The notes under the pieces are model-generated. The model was not told the DNA's origin and ran no database searches. It saw nothing but the letters and a program-made list of their open reading frames with translations. DNA of 64,000 nt, from NCBI GenBank assembly GCA_964035545.1, contig OZ037765.1:13588698-13652697 (forward strand), read 5' to 3'. Made by a program: the position numbers and the translations under genes. Shown here in pieces: positions 28,778 to 42,454 of the stretch (positions are counted from its first letter, which is position 1; each line of letters begins with the position of its first letter). Origin of the DNA: Bugula neritina. Lineage: Eukaryota; Animalia; Bryozoa.

Positions 28778-29096
28778 GGACAATCTCTGAAGTTTTTAGA
28801 AAATTAAAGTTAGTAAAAAGGTGGTATATTTATGTGTATACTGATTCTAAAAAATAGTATTTGTCATGAATAGTTTCATTGTAACTTTAAGTCTACTTGG
28901 CTTCACAATTCTATATAAATTGATTTCAAATACATTAGTTAGTTTATTGTTTATACTAGATAATATATTAAGTTATACAGTGACCACAAATTCTGAAATC
29001 TTCAGTAAAACAAGGTTAATCAGTTGATAATATTTTATTAGCCCAACAATTAGGTAAGGAGTGATGTGAGTTTTATGATCAGTAGTTATCTTAACT

Positions 29097-29215
29097 TTAG
29101 TTATAGCAGCTGCAACTTGTAGCAAAGAAATAATAGTGTTTGTACCCTCTTCTATTACAATAACTGCTGCACTTGCTCGGTCTTTAGGTTAATCGCCATC
29201 TCTCTGTCATCACAG
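29097..29215 (-). pseudogene. Defensin-like (CS-alpha/beta) mature-peptide exon with an in-frame stop
   Basis: cttag| phase-1 acceptor; reads (A)VMTERWRLT*RPSKCSSYCNRRGYKHYYFFATSCSCYN*, i.e. CxxxC...GY...CxCY; AATAAA downstream at 28943-28948 (-). Confidence 0.6.
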
Positions 29216-32200
29216 CTAAGCAACAATTTGATGAATGATTAACAATTTCATTGTTTATTTTGCAAGCATAAAATCTTGCTTTTATACCAAAGAAATCTAA
29301 AAGGAATGCTGATAATAATTTTGTGTAAACATGCAAACACACAAACAGAATTGATTTTTGGTAAGTATTAGAACGTACAATTTGTTCACACCAAAATTAG
29401 TCTGTTTTCATTTTGACTATATTTAAGAAATAAGATGTCACCACTACAATATATAATTTCACTCTTCGTTTCTGAAACTTTAGTTTATACATAAATAAAT
29501 CAAATTTTCTTCACCTTCTTCACCATATATTAAGATATAAGCGGATATACAAAACTGTACCTGAATAAAGGTAAAAAGAATTATACATTTTGCTGCTGCT
29601 AATACAACACAATGCATTGGTCTGCAGATAAACCAAAGTATCTTGTGTAAATGAAATTTATGAAAAATTTTCTCAGTGGTCTAAAAATATTGCAATGGCT
29701 CATGAGGCAGGCTTATTAGACAAGCAGAGAATTGATAATCAGTTTTTAATTACATACATACTGGACAATCTCTGAAGTTTTTAGAAAATTAAAGTTAGTA
29801 AAAAGGTGGTATATTTATGTGTATACTGATTCTAAAAAATAGTATTGCGATGAATAGTTTTATTGTAACTTTAAGTCTACTTGGCTTCACAATTCTATAT
29901 AAATTGAAGTCTTAAATAACTTAATGCCTGAAAACTTTATTGCGCTGTAAAACAATCTGATAATAAGGTGTTAGAGAAGCTCTGAATATCTGTGTGATTT
30001 TAAAATGTATCATTGATTTTAATTAAAACCTAATTTATGTAAAACAGATATTATATAATATTTAGTTTTTCCACTGATGCAATCAGGATGAAAATTCATT
30101 CACTCAAATGAGTGGCTTTTCTGGTGAAGCTCTCAAACTATTCAAGGTAAACATTGTTTTAAAACAGTTTAAATTGCCTAAAATTTTAACAAGACTTTGA
30201 ACTATTAGAATGCTTGTCTGCTGTTATTAGTTTGCCTATAATTTGCCCGTTGAATTTTGCATATCTGTGATTGTCAACAGATTGAAATAAATTGGTTAGC
30301 TTTCATTTATATTGAAAGCATGCATGGTTCACATTTAGTTACAAAACGTTTGTGAATACAAAGACTGAAATTTTATTTCTAGAAACCGTTAGGTTTTTGT
30401 TATAATTTGCAAATTTTATGAACATACTTGTATATCTTTTTATTTTTATTCACCAACTTTATACATTTGATGCCTTTTTCAATACACATAAATAACTAAG
30501 TCTACCATATCTGCACTGCTTTATTATTACATGGCAGGATGTTGTCAGTCATCTAAAATACAAAGGAACTAGAGAGCAGAAATGCGCCCTTTTCTAGCAA
30601 TAGAATCATATCAGCATTATATTCATCTCAATCTCATTAGTTGTGATGAAATTACTATAGTTTGGAAAAGGTTTAGTATTAATATCATTTTAGTACCAGT
30701 TGTCTCATTACAGTTACTCTATAGATCCTAGCAAAGTGAGAATTAATGGATAAGCTAGATGTTGATTTAACCGTTGGTTCTGGTGCTATAGGGGTTGTGA
30801 GGAGCTATCGTGGCACCCCCCTCGTGGCTGGCCGCAAAGCCTGGAGCATTGTACAGACTGGCTGAGTGCAGCACTAAGAAATGCCATAACATAATTTGGC
30901 TATAATACAGCTAATTGACACTGACGCATGGGAGGGGGTAGCACAGCATGTCCCAACGGCCATCACACAATGTAATAAAAAATATTTTAAAAGAATTTTA
31001 AAATCTGACTTTCAGATGTAGCTGAACAGTAAATCACTGCCAATTAAGCTTGTTTTACTGTTTAAAAAACACAACAACCCATTCACAATGAAAACACTAA
31101 GCTAGGAAAAAGTTTTAACTATTATCGAAAAGTAGCAAAATATGAAAAGTTTTTGTGTGACTCAGGAAAATAATTTTCTGTACACACGACTAACATGTTT
31201 TGACTAGCAGTGAGTTATAACTAGCATATCTAAAACTTAATTGTTGTTCTCAATAAATATCACCCTGTCCTCGTTGATGACATTTTTTAAAATAATCGCA
31301 AGCAGCCCTTGTATTGGCAAAATATCGTAGACTGAAAGCCCAAATATTTCTGTAAGAAATAGTTACAAAAACTTAAATTTCATTTAAGAAGGTAGTCTTT
31401 GCAAATGTTTATTTAAGTTGAAGTCAGTGTAAGTTACTATTACTTTGTAGAATGATTAGCCTTATAGTACCATAAATGCTTTATATACCTAGCATAAAGT
31501 TAACAGCCATAGACCCAACTGCATGCAATTGGCTTGCACTTTTCTTAGATTATCAAAGTTATCATGATAAGACTATCAAAATATACGATAAGCTATCCGC
31601 ACAATGCATCTGGTGATGCTATGTTTTTGCCATTATATTTATCCTGTGAATCACCTTGCTGCTAATCTTCAACAGTCATTATATTCATATATCAATTGAG
31701 GGTATATAGTTGGCTAAAAAAATTGTTCATTTTACTCATCTCCAGTTACAGACTTCAGCCACTGAGCGTTGCTGTTTATTGTAGGCTAAAAATACATTCC
31801 CATGATGCATGCAGCTATGGCATCTACAAAACCTAGGTAATGCCATTTGTAAAATTAGTATTCTTTTTGGTGGCCTTCTCTAGAGCAATGGTGCCATCAA
31901 ACATTGCTTCTGGTTTCTGAGAAACAGGACTTTATCTGATTTTGATTAGCACAAATCTTCAGATGTTAGGTTTCTCAAGTTTTCAAAAAAGGTTTTCGGC
32001 CTTACTGAGTGTGAAATGAGTAGCTTTGTTGAGTTCTCAACTGTATGTTTTATATTTTATTACATTTTCCTTATTATTGAAAGTCTTTTAAATGGCTAAT
32101 TTTTTTAAATATTTTTAAGTGAGCATTATTTTTTCCAGCAAACACATGTACTGCATTACTGAGTGAGATATATTTTATTGTTTAAATGAAATTATAATTG

Positions 32201-32791
32201 TCTTCACAATGTCTACCTTTATACATATTATGCCCATTATATTCTATGTTATAAGAATATATTTTATGAACCATAGAGAGGCTGCAAGAATGACTTCTTT
32301 ATTTATATTATTTGAGTAAAAGCTGTTTATGTATAGGCCCTACAGGAATAAAGTGTGTAGAATAATAAATAGCATTTATGGCAAATATATTATGAAAATA
32401 TGTAAATTATAATTGTAAAAAGAATGTTTATCTATTTGCAAGCAAGAGATGTTAATAAGTATAGGAGATGAATGAGAAGCAGTAATTGAATTGAAGATGT
32501 GTCATTATATTGATTAAAATAATATAACTATAAAGAGCACTTTTTACATAATCTAACAGAATATGGATTATATCTTGATAAACACAGTTTATACATCAAC
32601 TATTATTCCAACCATCAACTGTTCTTTAAATAGTAAATAAATTCAATACAATACATACAATAACTATAATAGTATATAACATTGTTCTCTATAGCATTTT
32701 TAAATAATGCATGATCCTGATATATAACATAAACTAAACAGATAACATTTAGCAAATGATAATAGAAATCTGATCTTAGTTTTATTGTTTT

Positions 32792-34293
32792 TTAGCTTTC
32801 TGCTGGTCTGAAACAGACTGTGAATAAGCTTCTAATATTTGTAACTTTCTCAATGATAACATTTCTCATCCTTTTCCTCAAACAATGTGTAGTCATATCT
32901 TCTACTTGTGGATAATCAACTGTTATGATCTTCTCTTTTACTGGACTGAATGTTTGAGTTATCAATGCTTTACTCTTATTATCTAAAGAAAAGTTTTAGC
33001 AAGTCATGTATGCAACTGTAATATAATTTACCAGTCAAATATGATGACATTGTTTTTTATGTCATAAGGTGATACCTATACAAAGTTACGCAGTGCACCG
33101 TAATTTTTACATTTGGTATAGTTATATAAACAGCTCTAGAATGGACAAGATATTTTTGATACACCCACACACTCACGCACGCACAGTAGCATGTTGCTTC
33201 AAGTTCAATGAGATAACTCTCAACACAGGAAGCTGGGAACTAAATCAGTCTTATATATTCATATTATAACCAAAATACAATTGATTTGAGAACGCTCTAA
33301 TACAAGATTCAATAAAGGGTTTACAGAATATCACTTACCAACTTTGGAGTCAAACTCCGAAGCAACTTTTGAGTTGATGACATTATTGCTGTTATTCCCT
33401 CGGGTATGGTGATTGGTTGATGAGACAGACAGACCTTCGAAGTCAGCTATGTTGGCGATGTCAGAGTTATTATTGTTGACACCTACACAAATATACACAT
33501 ACATTTATATTATGAAGGTTAAGCATATTTCATGGTAACAAATTTACTCTGAAACAATATGTTGATATAATAAACACTTGAACACTTTTACTGTTATAAT
33601 AAGAAACCAGCAAAGCAAATATTATTTTTATATTTTTGTATTCACCAATGCTGTTATAAGTTGTCTCCTCTGCTACAATTGTTATGTCTGACTCTGAATC
33701 AAAGTCTCTCAAATCTCCCACATGAACAGCAACATAGTTGATACCATCTGCTATTATGGTCATGTCATCATCATCATGTTGTGTGCCAAAACTCAGATCT
33801 TCATATTGACTTTCTCTGTAAGAAAAATCGTTGTGAAATTATTTTATATATGATATAAATTTTATTATTTAACATAGTGATATTAATTTCTTGAATATAA
33901 TATATGATAAGTATGCAGATATTGGTAATGGTATCATATGTAATGTATACACTTTTTATGACAGAGTGTATCAACAAGTGATATCATTGAGACTGACATT
34001 ATGTAATGCAGAAAGCTTTCTCTAACATACTGATAATTTTAAATATTTCTAATAAAGCCAATGTTTTGCTGTTGGTTCTTTGAAACACTTATATTCAACA
34101 TAGATTTGTTGTTCCTTTTACAAATTGATCACATATTATATACTCTCTACTCTGGACTATCACTATTACTAGATGGAGATGTATTGATATACTGGAAATG
34201 TATAACTTACAGAAATATTGACAGAAAATCGCTATCTGTTGATGTTGAAGTTAACGAACAGCTAGAAACATGGCAACCACAATGAGAATCCAT
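32792..34293 (-). CDS. Orphan acidic protein, copy 3 (195 aa, 4 exons)
   Basis: Same exon structure, open frame; first ATG changed to ATA, second ATG retained; ends CFRPAES-TAA. Confidence 0.7.
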
Positions 34294-35321
34294 TATCTCA
34301 AGTAGATATTAGATTTAGTGAATATATTTTACAGTTTCTGGTATGAAGTTTGCAGTAACAGCTTTCTCAATCGCAAGTTGAAACAACAATGGCAGAGAAC
34401 ATTGCGTCAAAAGTTGATTGTTGGATGTTATGTAGAAATTCAAATAATTTAGCGAATTCTATATTTTGTACAAGAGTTATCCTACCTGATAAATAACCCG
34501 GTGCTGCCAGAGTCAAATGCCTTGAGTTCATTTAAATATCTATGTGAAATTGTCTCTCAGTTTCATAAAGTGCACTCTATATTATAATCAATATATATGT
34601 TGTAACACGCTTTTTAAAGATTCGAATTTTGTAGAATGTGAGATAATTGTAGAATGATAACATGAACTATTTTGTACATTTCAAGAGACAACACTGAACT
34701 CACAAGGTGTACCTCTAGTCAAGAACCAGCTTGAGTCATGCATCATTCTTACTGCAACAAAGGCCAACTGACTAGCAGGTCAAGTCTCTTACCCACCAAA
34801 CTAAACATAATGTACTGATGGCAACTCTACAAGGGAACGTTACCGTGCACCATTATAAATTTTTTGTCTACACTGACTCACCCTAGAGTAGAAATGGGCA
34901 TATCCAACACTTTAATAACTATGACTGAACCTAATCTACAACTCCTGTGTGACACCATGCATTGTATAGACTACATAATATTTTAGACTGTCAGTAAATC
35001 ACTATAGTTATTACTCATATCAGTAACAGATCTGTTATTTATACTTGTTATTACTCAACATGTTTTATATGAAATCAAACATGAAAATATAATTTCAGCA
35101 TTAACATTAGCATTAACATGTTGCAGCATTTTGCACAACTGAAGTTATGAAATTTACATTTATGCCAGATAGTTTACAAAAGATAGTCAAACAGAGGACA
35201 TAAATTCTCTAAATCCATAGGTTGACTCCAAAAATTTGCTTCTCTTCTTTAGACAAAAAGTAAAGTTACATGCCTCTACTAACTGCATATACATGTGTGC
35301 GTGCATGTATGCGCGTGTGCA

Positions 35322-35357
<36 letters not shown>

Positions 35358-35416
35358 TGTGTGTGGGTGCATGCTTCTGTGCATGCCTGCTCGTGGCTTG
35401 TGTGCATGTGCGTGGT

Positions 35417-35448
<32 letters not shown>

Positions 35449-35842
35449 TGCGTGTGCGTGTGTGTGTGTGTGTGGGTGTATGCTTGTGTGCATGCCTGCC
35501 TACATTGTTGATTTTGCAAGCATAAAATCTTGTTTTTATATCAAAGAAATCTATAAGGAATGCTGATAATAATTTTGTGTAAAGTAAAACTTTAATGAAT
35601 TATTAACAAATTTTTTGTTGGCTTTGCCAGCAGATAAGATTTTTTACGTTTATAAAGAAATTTATAAGAAATGCTAGGAGTCATAATGACCAATAACTGT
35701 TAAATATAATATACTGCTGTCTTTTAATTGTTTCATGCTTAACATTTTATTACCTTCATTATAGACATCACTAAAGACAGAATTTGTAAAAAATGTGAAT
35801 AGAAAACAATGTGGAAATCATATGGAACAGAAATGTGCTTAC

Positions 35843-35891
35843 CAAATGAAATGACGATGATGGCAGTTATCAACAGTGCGAGAAACTTCAT
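35843..35891 (-). pseudogene. Signal-peptide exon of a defensin-like gene (copy b)
   Basis: MKFLALLITAIIVISF followed by a G|gtaag phase-1 donor. Confidence 0.6.
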
Positions 35892-36820
35892 ATTGAGTCT
35901 GTGGTCTACAAGTATTAGGCACACTATAGATTTTTTTCTAAAAACCTGCAGAAATGTTTCAAAAATAAACAAAAGTAAGTTTATGTAACTCGTATTATAA
36001 AAAGGAGAGGATGGGGCTAGTTGAACATGAACAAAAAATTGCACTTTCGATCATAGATATTGAAGAAATTTATTGCAAATCTAAAGACCAGTAACATGAA
36101 AATTAGTCTGATGGTTATGTATTTGTCCAATACGACTAGATACATAAACATTTTATTTACTATGATAAAGCCAATTTTTGCCCATAAGTCTTTTTTGCAC
36201 AATGGGTCACAATAGGGGGCAAGTCGAGCCGACCTGTGGGAAAGTTAAACCAGTGCCATTTATGTTATAATATAAATGTGCTGAAAAATGATTTACTGTA
36301 AAAATGAAGAGTAAAAAACATAAAATAACAAAAAAGCATTGGCAGAAACAAATAACCGAAGCACTTGATGTGATTTGTCATTGAAGCCATTTAACATCTC
36401 AAATATAGGATATGCAGAAGACACTTTAAAACCCAAGCAGCAGTAACAGAATATAATAGAGATAATTTCGACAATACATGCCTAAATTTCTTTGAATGGG
36501 CTAATAAAATTCAAAAAACGAGACGCATTTTTATTTGCAAAAATAAATTTTCAACTTAATTTTCAATTTTCACACTTTTTGTGCAAAAAATGTGAAAAAT
36601 ATCAGCTCACCTAAAATATTCTGATTTGATTTCATATATTACAAGGCGTCTGGTAGTTCACGTAAATAGCTCTTAAGTAAAGGAGGTAAAATATTGTAAT
36701 GATTAAAAAAGTTAGAGCATGAGTTTCAACTTGTCCAGTGGCTCAACCAGCCTTTCTCTGCCCCTACACCATAACCACAAATTTAAGTTAGATTTATTTA
36801 AATATACAAATAAATATATA

Positions 36821-38132
36821 GGGGTAACGGGGGCACAATGGTCATAGGGGTACAAAAAGCCGGTCAAATTGTGAGAAAACTTATTGACTTAGAGTGGTGA
36901 TTTTTTTTAATAAAAGGTATTGGCATAATTTTTCAGTCATTGTAGTTTCAACACTTGGGAAGCATACATGTTGAAGAGGCGAGTAAAAAACTGTTTTTAC
37001 CTACTTTAGGAAATTTTTAAGATTTAGTTAAAGCTTTATAACTTTTTAAACTCAAAGGTGAGAAGCCTAGATTTTACTGATATTGTTGCCATTGCTTGTC
37101 TCTACATTGCTTAACTAGTATAACAACAAACTCTAAAATAAATTTTCCTTGAGCCACATTTTTTTTCAACTTGGCCACACTGGGCACAATGGGCCACGAT
37201 GACCGGGGCACAATGGGCCACCTGATTTTTGCACCCTGATCACTGTTATAAATTTGTTTGCCCAAAGAGTTAGATGAAATGTTAATAAAATCTATAGATA
37301 TAGCTATTTCTGACCTTTTTGTAAAATATCAAAGATATCATGGTAAGACTACCAAACTACAAGGTGAAGCTCCCCTTATAGGTCTATATAAATTTGGTGA
37401 GGCTATGGCTTTGCCATTTTATACATTATACAAAATACTCTGCTGTTGCTACTAATGGATAGTCATGATATTTATTATACATTATATCATTGAGGGATTA
37501 TGCATGTATTTGACTAAAATAAATTCTGATTTGCACATTTTCTCCCCCCCTCCCCTTCCGCATTCCAGTCACAAACCTCAGCCATGCACCTTAGCTACAG
37601 TTCATAGGAAAAAGTCCACTTGGAATTTTGTAGTGCATGTTAATAAAGCTTTTTCCGATGAAAGCTCCTGTGAAGTGGAAATAGAAAAAACAATTTTAGT
37701 CCTTAACAGTAATGAAAATGATACCGTAGAAATGAGTGATGTGCGTTTGATTTTGCCTCCCCTTGTTATCTGTGGTGGTACAAACTGTACAGCTAAAACA
37801 TGATTTTTGCTGTAGATCTGAAAGAGTATTTTGATTTATTTGTGTATATTAATTAAATTAAGATTAGATGCAACTAAATCAACAAATTTTCAATATATTT
37901 GTTGTGTCCCACTCAGCGGCCCATTGTACTCCGGTATTGGGGCACAACGAGCCGATTTTTTAGTCATGAAAATTTCATTATTCTGAAAGTTGTGAGAAAG
38001 ATAGAAACAACAAACTGATGTAATAGACAACAGATGCAGCATTTAGACTAGATATTATTGAACTAGTAGCCTGAAAAACAGACGAATGATAGTAAAAACT
38101 CAAAAATCGGCCCGTTGTGCCCCCGTTACCCC
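36821..38132. mobile_element. Non-autonomous DNA transposon, same family as 18538-19859
   Basis: TIRs GGGGTAACGGGGGCACAA / TTGTGCCCCCGTTACCCC (perfect 18 bp); TA on both sides. Confidence 0.88.
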
Positions 38133-40723
38133 TACTAATGAAACAGTTTTAGTAAATTAGAAATTAGAAATGTCAGCAAAAAATACAATCAGTTTCTTTC
38201 CTGGTTTAAGTTAAATAGTGCATATATGCTATTATAAAGAGGATACCTATATAATGTATATATGTAATAAGATGTATAAATAAGGATGCATGTAACTGCT
38301 GTTTATATAATATTTTCTTGCTCCCAGCATTTATCTTATTGGTTGAAAACCTAACCAACTTCAAGGAATATTCAAACAAAAAAGCAAGACATAAGTTTGG
38401 GTCTTAATTATTAGACATACAATATATATAGCTAAATAGAGGTGAAGTTATGAACTGGAACTTGAAAATATGTAAACAAACATGCAAACACACAAACAGA
38501 ATTGATTTATGGAAAGTACTAGGACACATTTTGTTTACACCAAATTCAAAGGGTTTTAACTTTGACTATATTTAAAGAATAACATGCCACTACTATAATA
38601 TATAATTTCACTCATTGTTTCTGAAACTTTAGTTTATACATAAAAATTAAATTTACACATTCTTCACCATATATCGTACATTAAGATATAAGCGGATATA
38701 CAAAGCTATACCTGAATAGAGGTAAAAATAATTATACATTTTGCTGCTGCTAATACAATACAATACATTGGTCTGCAAATAAACCAAAATATCTTGTGTA
38801 AATGAAATTTATGAGAAATTTTCTCAGTGATCTAAAAATATTGCAATGGCTCATAAGGTAAGCTTATTAGACAAGCAAAGAATTAATAATCAGTTTTTAA
38901 TTGCATACATACTGAATAATCTCTGAAGTTTTTAGAAAATTAAAGTTAGTAAAAAGGTGGTATATTTATGTATATACTGATTCTAAAAATAGTAGGTATT
39001 GTGATGAATAGTTTTATTGTAACTTCAAGTCTACTTGGCTTAACAACTCTGTATGAATTAAAGTCTTAAATAACTTAGTGCATGAAAACTTTATTGTGCT
39101 GTAAAACAATCTGATAATAAGGTGTTAGAGAAGCTCTGAATATCTGTGTGATTTTAAAATGTATCATTGATTTTGAGTAAAACCTAATTTATGTAAAGCA
39201 GATATTATATAATATTTAGTTTGTCCACTGATGCAATCAGGATGAAAATTCATTCACTCAAATGAGTGGCTTTTCTAGTGAAGCTCTCAAACTATTCAAG
39301 GTAAACATTGTTTTAAAACAGTTTAAATTGCCTAAAATTTTAACAAGACTTCGAACTATTAGAATGCTTGTCTGCTGTTATTAGTTTGCCTATCATTTGC
39401 CTGTTGAATTTTGCATATCCGTGACTGTCAACAGATTGAAATAAATTGGTTAGCTTTCATTTATATTGAAAGCATGCATGGTTCACATTTAATTATAAAA
39501 CGTTTCTGAATACAAAGACTGAAATTTTATTTTCTAGAAACCGATTGGTTTTTGTTATAACGTGCAATTTTTATGAACATACTTGTATAACTTTTTATTT
39601 TTATTCACCAACTTTATACATTTGATGCCTTTTTTCAATACACATATATAACTAACTCTACCATATCTGCACTGCTTTATTATTGCATGGCAGGATATTG
39701 TCAGTCATCTAGAATACAAAGAAACTAGAGAGCAGAAATGTGCCCTTTTCTAGCAATAGAATCATATCAGCATTATATTCTTAACAAAGTGTCCAAATTC
39801 TGATTATAATGTAGGAGAGAGAATGATGCCTATAGTTAAACCACATGCTTTACTTTTTTTGTTTTAATCCTACATTACTTTACCTCTTTTAAATACAATT
39901 TTCTAAGTAAACTAACGGATGTTTAGATTTTGAGCTGTATAGGTTATTAAGTAAGCAGAATTTTCTTGCTTAGAAATGAGCTGACTAAAGATCCATTCTT
40001 TCATTGAAAATTTGCAATACTTCCAAAAACATGTATTGTCAACATCAGTTTACAGTTGACCTAAGGATGCAGAGACTCAGGAAACACACACACACGCGCA
40101 CACACGCACACACGCACACACGCACACACACACGGACGCATGCATGCACACACACACACACGCACGCACGCACGCACGCACGCTTGCATGCACACGCGCA
40201 CGCGCATGCACATGTTTTATTTTACACAAAACATTTTGAGTAGTAACAAATATAAATAATAGATCTATTACTGATATGAGTAATTACTATATAAATTTAC
40301 TGACAGTCTAAAATATTATGTAGTTTATACAATGCATAGTGCGTCATACAGGAGTTGTAGATTATGTTCAGTCATAGCTATTACAGTGTTGGATATGCCC
40401 ATTTCTACTCTAGGGTGAGTCATATATACCGGTTATAATGTAGAGGGCATTTTATGAAACTGACAGACAATTTCACATAGATATTTAAGTGAACTCCAGT
40501 CATTTGACTCTGGCAGCACCGGGTTATTAATCAAGTAGGATAACTTCAGTACAAAATATAGAATTTGCTAAATTATTTAAAATTCTACATAACATCCAAC
40601 AATCAACTTTTGACGCAATGTCTTCGGTCATTGTTGTTTCAACTTGCGATTGAGAAAGCTGTTACTGCAAACTTCATATCAGAAACTGTAAAATATATTC
40701 AATAAATCTAATATCTACTTGAG

Positions 40724-42454
40724 ATGATGGATTCTAATTGTGTTTGTCATGTTTCTAGCTCTGCACTCACTTCAACCTCAACAGAGAGTGAGATACTGTC
40801 AATCTTTCTGTAAGTTATACATTTCCAGTATATTATTACATCTTTATTTAGTAATAGTGATAATCCACAGAGTAGAGAGTATAATATGTGATCAATCTGT
40901 AAGTTGAACAACTAATTTAAATTGAGTATAAATGTTTCAAAGAACCAACAGCAATATTATCTTTAATATTCATCATTGTAAAAATATTTAAAATACTGAG
41001 TATGTTAGAGAAAGCTTTCTGCATGACACAATGTCAGCCTCAATGATATCATTTATGTATACATTATGTTATCAAATATGTATGCATAATACCCTTACCA
41101 ATGTCTACATAGTTATTATATCATATTCAAGAAATAATTATATTACTATATTGTATAATAATATAAATTCTAAAACAATAACTTTGCAAACTTAAATTTT
41201 TTCAGGGAAAGTCAATATGGAAATCTGAGCTTTGACACACAACATGATGATGATGACATGACCATAATAGCAGATGGTATCAACTACGTTGCTGTTGATG
41301 GTAAATTACAAATATATTAGTTACAATCTGTTTCAAGCATACATTACACCAGAAATAACTTGTTACTTTAGTTTTCCTGGCAGTTCCTATTGAGAATACA
41401 ACTTCAATTATAACATGCAGTGATTCAAATAACAGTTTGAAGGTTACCTTTGCTTTGACAGTTGCTACAAAAATTATTAATAGTATTCATAATGCATATA
41501 ATTTGAGACTATAAAATATGTTGTAGATGTGGGAGATTTGAGAGACTTTGATTCAGAGTCAGACATAACAATTGTAGCAGAGGAGACAACTTATAGCAGC
41601 ATTGGTGAATACAAAAATATAAAAATAATATTTGCTTTGCTGGTTTCTTATTATAACAGTAAAAATGTTCAAGTGTTTATTATATCAACATATTGTTTCA
41701 GAGTAGATTTGTTACCATGAAATATTCTTAACTTTCATGATATAAATGTATGTGTATATTTGTGTAGGTGTCAACAATAATAACTCTGACATTGCCAACA
41801 TAGCTGACTTTGAAGGTCTGTCTGTCCCATCAACCAATCACCATACCCGAGGGAATAACAGCAACAATGTCATCAACTCAAAAGTTGCTTCGGAGTTTGA
41901 CTCTAAATTTGGTAAGTGATATTCTGTAAACCCTTAATTGAATCTTGTATTATAACATTCTCAAATAAAATATATTTTGGTTATAATATAAATATAAAAG
42001 ACTGATTTGGTTCCCAACTTCCTGTATTGAGAATTATCTCATCAACTTGAAGCAACATGCTACTGTGCGTGCGTGCGTGTGTGAGTGTATCAAAAATATC
42101 TTGTCCATTCTAGAGCTGTTTTATATAACTATACCGAATGTAAAAATTACGTTGCACTGGTTAACTTTGTATAGGTATTACCTTATGACATAAAAAACAA
42201 TGTCATCATATTTGACTGGTAAATTATATTACAGTTGCATACATGACTTGCTAATATATTTAGATAATGAGAGCAAAGCATTGATTACTCAAACATTCAG
42301 CCCAGTAAAAGAGAAGATCATAACAGTTGATTATCCACAAGTAGAAGATATGACTACACATTGTTTGAGGAAAAGAATGAGAAATGCTATCATTGAGAAA
42401 GTTACAAATATTAGAAGCTTATTCACAGTCTGTTTCAGACCAGCAGAAAGCTGA
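40724..42454 (+). CDS. Orphan acidic protein, copy 4 (inverted; 197 aa, 5 exons)
   Basis: Exons 40724-40809, 41206-41300, 41527-41604, 41768-41911, 42264-42454 sum to 594 nt in one open frame; carries an extra intron (41301-41526). Confidence 0.75.
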
